A stretch of 64,000 nucleotides of DNA, from the NCBI GenBank assembly GCA_964016885.1, contig OZ024740.1, forward strand, positions 168,144,001-168,208,000, read 5' to 3'. Shown here one piece after another: positions 58,140 to 64,000 of this stretch. The position numbers and the translations under genes are program-made. Every line of letters starts with the position of its first letter. Within the stretch, counting starts at the first letter, position 1. The notes under the pieces were generated by a model, which ran no database searches, was not told the origin of the DNA, and saw only the letters and a program-made list of their open reading frames with translations. The stretch comes from Eledone cirrhosa. Lineage: Eukaryota.

Positions 58140-59255
58140 TAGTCAAAATTGCACGATAACAAAACCAATTTAACAATGAAAAAAAAAAGTAAATAAAATA
58201 TATATGAAAAACAACAAAATAAATTCCCCAATAGGGGGTGTGAACCACCCAGGGGCGACTCAGGTACCCCCACTAATCCTGAACCACCCGACGCTTCGGG
58301 GGTACCCGGGGAGGGCACCCCTGTACTCCTCAAACTAACCGGCCTACAGGCGCATGATCAGAGTAGGCCCACTGACACAGGCCATTCTTTAGCAAATGTA
58401 CTGGTGGGGATCACCTTCTCTCTCCACCCTCACCTTCCTTTCCAAGTGTAACTTAAAAAGGTTGATGAGGAATTGGTCCCCCGGTAGCACTGCCAAGCGA
58501 GGGATTTCTGGAAGTTATCCATCGTCCCCGGATCGAAAGTCCTCTGGAACAGACTGGTCAGTTCGACTTCGTCGACGCCCAGAACCTCTCCGAGTGCGTT
58601 ATCGCACTTGCCCGCCACTAATCCTCTATAGAACACGAGAGTGGAAGTTCCACTGACAGCATTACCCGCCTGGTAGAGGGCAGTGAGTGCCTAGCAATAT
58701 TCCAGATGCTAGGCACCTGGTCTCGGTCTCTTCTTGACCCAGGACTTCAGCTCAGTCGAAGAAACGAGCTGAGGAAAGGCCCGTCTGACAAACAGCGACC
58801 ACACCTGTTCACCGTTTAAGCAGACTATCTGGAGATACCACAGCCTCAGCGTATGTTTGCGCATTATTAGCCACGGCATGTCCAGCCCTCCACGTAGAGG
58901 GTGCTGGCAGCAAATAGACCTCCTCACCAATGGAACCTGTCCCCTCCTCAAGTATTTTGAATAGGAGCCGTTCCAATTTGGCGAGGCGCGAAGGACAGGC
59001 GGTGGTAAATGACAGAAGCGATGTACGCGTTCGCCACCTGACCTTTCAGTGATATCTTCCTCGCGTCCCGTTTCTGGGTGAGAGTGGCTACTCTGATCCT
59101 CACCTTGTCCCAATTCTTATCCACCTGGAGATCTAGTCCTAACCAAACCCCGAGCAACTTTACTGGTCCGTCGACGCTGTTAGTCGGCTTGGACTTCCTT
59201 CTCCAGATGCCGAGCTACAATTCCACTGACTTTTCCGGGTTAAGTTTCGATGCCG
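58140..59255 (-). mobile_element. L1/Tx1-type LINE ORF2 3' fragment, decayed
   Basis: KLLGVWLG..QVDKNWDKV..RKISLKGQVANAYIASVIYHRL, HPLRGGLDMP, DNFQKSLAWQCYRG. A diverged relative of 60738-61719. Confidence 0.9.
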
Positions 59256-59262
59256 TAAACCA

Positions 59263-59298
<36 letters not shown>

Positions 59299-59301
<3 letters not shown>

Positions 59302-59545
59302 TGTTTCTACTTTTGGCACAAGGCCAGCAATTACCCAGTGCATTACTGGTACTTTATTTTATCGACCCCGTAAGGATGAAAGGCGAAGACCGTAAAGAGA
59401 CGTAACTATGCTAGAAAGCATGGTGTCCGACCCTCTACAGATACTGCCAATTCACAATAATAATAATAATTATTTCTACTTTAGGCACAAGGCCAGTAAT
59501 TACCCAGTTCATTACTGGTACTTTATTTTATCGACCCCGTAAGGA
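59299..59545 (-). mobile_element. Two adjacent SINE copies (one internally deleted, one 3' fragment) within (AAT)n
   Basis: Family consensus in reverse at 59299-59452 and 59471-59545, separated and flanked by AAT repeats. Confidence 0.88.
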
Positions 59546-59642
59546 CAATAATAATAATAATAATGGTTTCTTTATTAGCCATACTGAGCTGACATTAAGT
59601 AAAACGACAACTGTATTTATCAATACACTAATAATATTTCAG

Positions 59643-59982
59643 GCGACATCAAGGAAACTCTTACTGATGACGGCAGCATGTCTTTTGACATCGATGATAC
59701 TATTTTGACAGTAGAGTCTGTTGAAAGTGATGCAGCTCATATGAGAAGGCCACCACCATCTAAGAGAGGTGCAACAGGCCAAATAAGGAGTGTCGATGAA
59801 ATAAAGAAACAGTTAGATAACCTAACGGTTATGTACTATGAGATGTCACGTATGGTTAATCAAAAGCAAAGCAGTCACGCCCGAAGACCATGGAGCATCG
59901 CCAGTTCGGAGGCCAGTTCATTAATACGAGAAAATCAAGTACAAAAGAATAAATCTGTACGAAACAAAGTCTTACTAACACG
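59643..59982 (+). CDS. Exon F of host gene
   Basis: TTTCAG acceptor, phase 1. DIKETLTDDGSMSFDIDD..EIKKQLDNLTVMYYE..RRPWSIASSEASSL..KVLLT. Donor CG/GTAGGT, phase 2. Confidence 0.9.
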
Positions 59983-60324
59983 GTAGGTATGTGTAGTAAC
60001 TACCTTGATTTCCATTATTATATATTTCTATCAATATCAATGGTGCAAGTTCTCGGCGAAGGGAGCACATGGCATTGATTTTATTGTGTGTGTGGGGGGG
60101 GGGGGGTCTGCCTGTTGTAATATACATATGTAAGTGTCTAACTTCTTTATGTGTTAAATTGTCAGTCTGGGAACGAGCTTCTTTACATTGGCAATCATCT
60201 CTACATGTCACACATCTTGCAATGTGGACATTTTAAACTGTTTTGTGCATTCTGCTTTTGTACTGGGGTTTTTTTTTGGGGGGGGGGGGGGGGTCAATAA
60301 AAGAAATCATTATAATTATGATAA

Positions 60325-60712
60325 TAATTGTTTCTACTTTAGGCACAAGGCCAGCAATTATCCAGTGCATTACTGGTACTTTATTTTATCGACCCCGTAA
60401 GGATAAAAGGCAAAGTCTACCTCGGCGGGATTTGAACTCAGATCGTAAAGGGACGTAATAATAATGATAATAATGATTATTATTATCAATATTAGGGTAT
60501 TGGATTGGCAGAATCAGTAGAGAGCCGGACACCATGCTTTGCAGCATAGAGTTACGTCCCTTTGCGTTCTGAGTTCAAATCCCGCCGAGGTTAACTTTGT
60601 CTTTCATCCTTACCTTACGAAGTCGATTAAATAAAGCACCAGTAATGCACTGGGGGTCATTAAATCGATTTCCCTTCAAATTGCTGGCTTTGTCCCTAAA
60701 GTAGAAACAATT
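60325..60712. mobile_element. Head-to-head inverted SINE pair
   Basis: Minus copy 60325-60457 and plus copy about 60495-60712, separated by about 40 bp of AAT/TAT repeat. Confidence 0.88.
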
Positions 60713-60737
60713 ATTGTTATTATTTAGTAGTAGTAGT

Positions 60738-61719
60738 CGTCTCCTTGACGGAACTGCAGTCCTGGGTCAAGCGAAGCCCGAGAGGGAGCGCTTGGAGACT
60801 GGAATGTCTTCAGGCCCTCACAGCCCTCGACCAGTCGGGCAATGTGATCGGTGGAAACTCCACCTTGGCGTTCTATAGAGGATTAGTGGAGGGGAAGAGC
60901 GACGACGTACTTGGGGAAACTCTAGGCGTCGACGAAAATCAACTAGCCAATCTCTTCAGAAGAACTTTCGAGCCGGGGCCTATGGACAACTTCCAGAAAT
61001 CCCTGGCCTGGCAGTGCTACCTAGGAGCTTTGCCAGTTCGGGATAAACTCTACAGGCATGGAAGTGCCGTCAGCCGGGCATCTCCGAGATGCGTGCAGGG
61101 CGACGCAACCGTCCTTCACGCACTCGTCCAGTGTCCGAGCATTGCTGACTTGTGGGTTTATGTCGAACACTTGCTGTCGCGTGTAGGACGGATCCGGCTA
61201 TCAGCTGAGTCCATCGTGAGGATTGCCCCGCCCTCTTCCTTTAGCCAGGAAGGGCAGGCAGTTTTTATCTGTCTGGTGGCCATGGCGAAAGAGATAGTAT
61301 GGTGGACACGTTTGAAAGGGCTGAAGACGAGCACTTACCTCTTCGGTGATGCCCTGATAAAACTTTTTCATCAGGGCATCAGGGTAGAGAGGGAAGTGCT
61401 CTCAGGGCATCAGGGTAGAGAGGGAAGTGCTCTCTTCCCAGCATTTTGTTGAAAGATGGGTGAGAGAGGCAAGAATGGCTGGAAGAGGGCACTTGCCCTG
61501 GTGGTCAGGGTCACCGTGGCTTTTTTTAATGGGCTTTCTCCACGAATATCCCTCGGAAGTCTCCCTCCCTATTGGAGAATATTTCATTGTTTCTTTTTTG
61601 TTACATCCTCTGTTTTTGTTTTTTTACACGCAGAAATGCCCATTTGTACCGTCCTGTATTGGCCTGTATTGTCCTTAATGTCTTACTTTGTGTAAACCCT
61701 TGTGGTTAATAAAGAAAGC
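60738..61719 (+). mobile_element. 5' truncated L1/Tx1-type LINE with zf-RVT region, 3' UTR and 19 bp TSD
   Basis: NFQKSLAWQCYLGALPVRDKLYRHG..SPRCVQGDATVLHALVQCP. AATAAA near the end. ATTATTTAGTAGTAGTAGT at 60719-60737 and 61720-61738. A 31 bp tandem duplication at 61371-61432 shifts the frame. Confidence 0.93.
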
Positions 61720-61725
61720 ATTATT

Positions 61726-61794
<69 letters not shown>

Positions 61795-61865
61795 AGTTTG
61801 TTACTACTTACAACATCTGCTTCATTTACAATTCTTCTGTTTCTTCCGATTCAATTAAATGACAG

Positions 61866-62192
61866 ACACACAAAAAGAAAGGTACAGCGACTTGAATCGA
61901 ATATTGTCACTCTATCACATAATTTAACTAGTCTGACATCACAAGTCCGTTCCTGTAGCGGTCTTCACAGACAAATCGATACATTGAAGCAAGAACTGCA
62001 AGAGATGAAGACTTCTTTCGAGCAATTTCACATCAATAACAAAAATAACAACATCGTCAACAATACGAACAACAATAACAGTCACAACAACAACAATACC
62101 AACGAAACACACGTCAGAAAAATAAGTTTTGAAAAGTTTCGTTGCTGGTTGCCTTCGTTAACTAATCGAAAACGTGTGAATAAATTGACAAG
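61866..62192 (+). CDS. Exon G of host gene (coiled coil, poly-Asn, conserved PSLTN..RV.KLT motif)
   Basis: GACAG acceptor, phase 2. HTKRKVQRLESNIVTLSHNLTSLTSQVRS..RQIDTLKQELQEMK..WLPSLTNRKRVNKLT. Donor AG/GTGAGT, phase 2. Confidence 0.92.
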
Positions 62193-62272
62193 GTGAGTTT
62201 TAAATCGAAAACAATGATCGAACTTATTTTCTATATATATATATATATATATGTGTGTGTGGGGGGGGGGGG

Positions 62273-62348
<76 letters not shown>

Positions 62349-62493
62349 GTATATACATATAAATATGTACGTATGGGTTATATCGAACATCAGTAATACT
62401 GTTCGATTCGTTTATAAACAAACTGACCGATTTGAAGCTGTGCCTTACCGGTGATCGATCATCACCTGTTTGTTCAACACTGGCTTTGAGGAA

Positions 62494-62534
62494 CAACCAA
62501 CATGTTTCTGGGTCATTATCCTTCATCAGGACTG
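62494..62534 (-). ncRNA. Degenerate minimal hammerhead motif
   Basis: Minus: CAGTC-CTGATGA-AGGATAATGACCCA-GAAA-CATG-TT-GGTTG. Palindromic loop III, stem I with two G.U pairs, weak stem II. Confidence 0.6.
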
Positions 62535-62715
62535 TATACCTCTGTCAGTCTGTTGAACAGTTGAAAATATATAGTGTTTTCGTAAGTACACTTCGGCTGA
62601 GTAGCCTCATTTGCATACCAAGCGACTTACGGTTGGCCTTGCTGAATATTAAAAATAAAATTAGAATTTTATTTCTTGCCCTAGCACAGCTGATACAAAC
62701 ATTTAAGTATGCACA

Positions 62716-62755
<40 letters not shown>

Positions 62756-63644
62756 AATGTACGTATTTTGTTCGATGTTCTAACAAGATTTGCCAATCCA
62801 TCCTATTTTTGAGGGCAAAATACGAACTTTGACCTTGAAGTTGGTTGACCAGTTAATTATGAATTCAGTTTAGATATAACTGACTTTATTCGTGTCAATA
62901 ATGTCCTTTGCAAAGAAGAGGAAGTGCTTCTTAGATAAACACGGAGTACAGATAATATATCGATATGTCGGTCCAAGTCTCGACAATAAATCTCGTCCTG
63001 TTATCGTAGTAGGTATTGTGATATGGTGATACGAAATAGTCGACTGGATATGATATTGGACTATCTGCTCAGCATTTGGCAATTCAAGTCGACAGAAAAC
63101 ATTTCGGTACTTCTCTGGACAGGATATTGCAATTTTATAGTCAGTCTCAGTTTGCGTATATTGTAATAGCCTGTTGACTATCTTATCGGGAACAGCAAAA
63201 ATTTGTCATTCATCTATTTAACGCTTCAGTTAGAACATCGAATTAAATACTTAGTGATATTTGTTCTGGCCCTTTCTTTATGAAGTTTATATGAAGCCAT
63301 GGTCAACTTTGTCTTTTCTCCTTACCGAGTCAATAAATAAAGTACCAGTCTAGGGCAGCAGATAGGCGGAACTTTTAGAGCATCGGATAAGATACCTTGT
63401 TGTATCAGTTCTGACACTGTGCCTTTCTATGTGGTGATATGGTAGGACTGGACCCCTATCATTAAAACACCCAAGATACCTTTTATAAGTACAACCTCTT
63501 GAAAGGCTGCTTAAATCTATGGATAACTTCCCACTAATTATAATATGCAAAGCACAATGACAATGTATAATCATAAGAAACGTACTTAAATTGATTTAGT
63601 TCCTTCCATATATGTTTATTTCAAAATGAGTTTCTAAATTACAG

Positions 63645-63702
63645 ATTCTTTGGGGAAGAGCCACCGCTTCTGGAAATATTTTTACAGAAATTAGGTTATG
63701 AA
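63645..63702 (+). CDS. Exon H of host gene, start of probable SAM domain
   Basis: TTACAG acceptor, phase 2. (R)FFGEEPPLLEIFLQKLGYE, donor GTAAGT. FL..LG.E is the typical first helix of a SAM domain. The gene continues beyond the window. Confidence 0.9.
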
Positions 63703-64000
63703 GTAAGTAATATTTGTGAATTTATACATAAATAAAATTTAGTGAGACTTTGAACGCTACTAAATATTATTGCTGGTTGTATCTGCTATTGTCAAACATT
63801 TCACTTATCTTAAACATACATTTTTATCTTGATTAATCGCAAACTCTTTATAATTTGAAGAGAGGAAAAATTCTAGGACGTGATGCCCATATCCACCCCG
63901 AGGTAAGCGAGATAAGTGAACTGAAATGTCTTCAGCCAGAGGTTGAAACGTTACTTGGTCACTGACTTACCAGGAACATATATTTTACTCAAGGGCGCTA

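Overview
Eukaryotic, AT-rich, microsatellite-dense animal DNA. The SINE families and repeat landscape look like coleoid cephalopod (Octopus-type) DNA; this is inferred from recognition, not tested. Most ORFs in the supplied track are microsatellite artefacts. One spliced host gene is reconstructable on the + strand from eight phase-compatible GT-AG exons (about 39358-63702, continuing past the window end). It encodes a low-complexity/coiled-coil protein that enters a probable C-terminal SAM domain. The rest is transposon-derived: a near full-length, decayed Penelope-like element of the Naiad type (45595-49680); a truncated GIY-YIG Penelope element with an inverted terminal repeat; an internally deleted mariner; two non-autonomous Helitrons; pogo-like and Chapaev-like MITEs; RTE, L1/Tx1, CR1-like and R4/Dong-like LINE fragments; and many tRNA-derived SINEs. 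The most striking unannotated signal is a dense set (over a dozen) of minimal type I hammerhead-ribozyme motifs from several unrelated sequence families. They sit next to (TA)n tracts and inside fold-back palindromes up to 2 kb, including a 1.8 kb hairpin in an intron of the host gene. All coordinates were counted by eye and may be off by a few bases.
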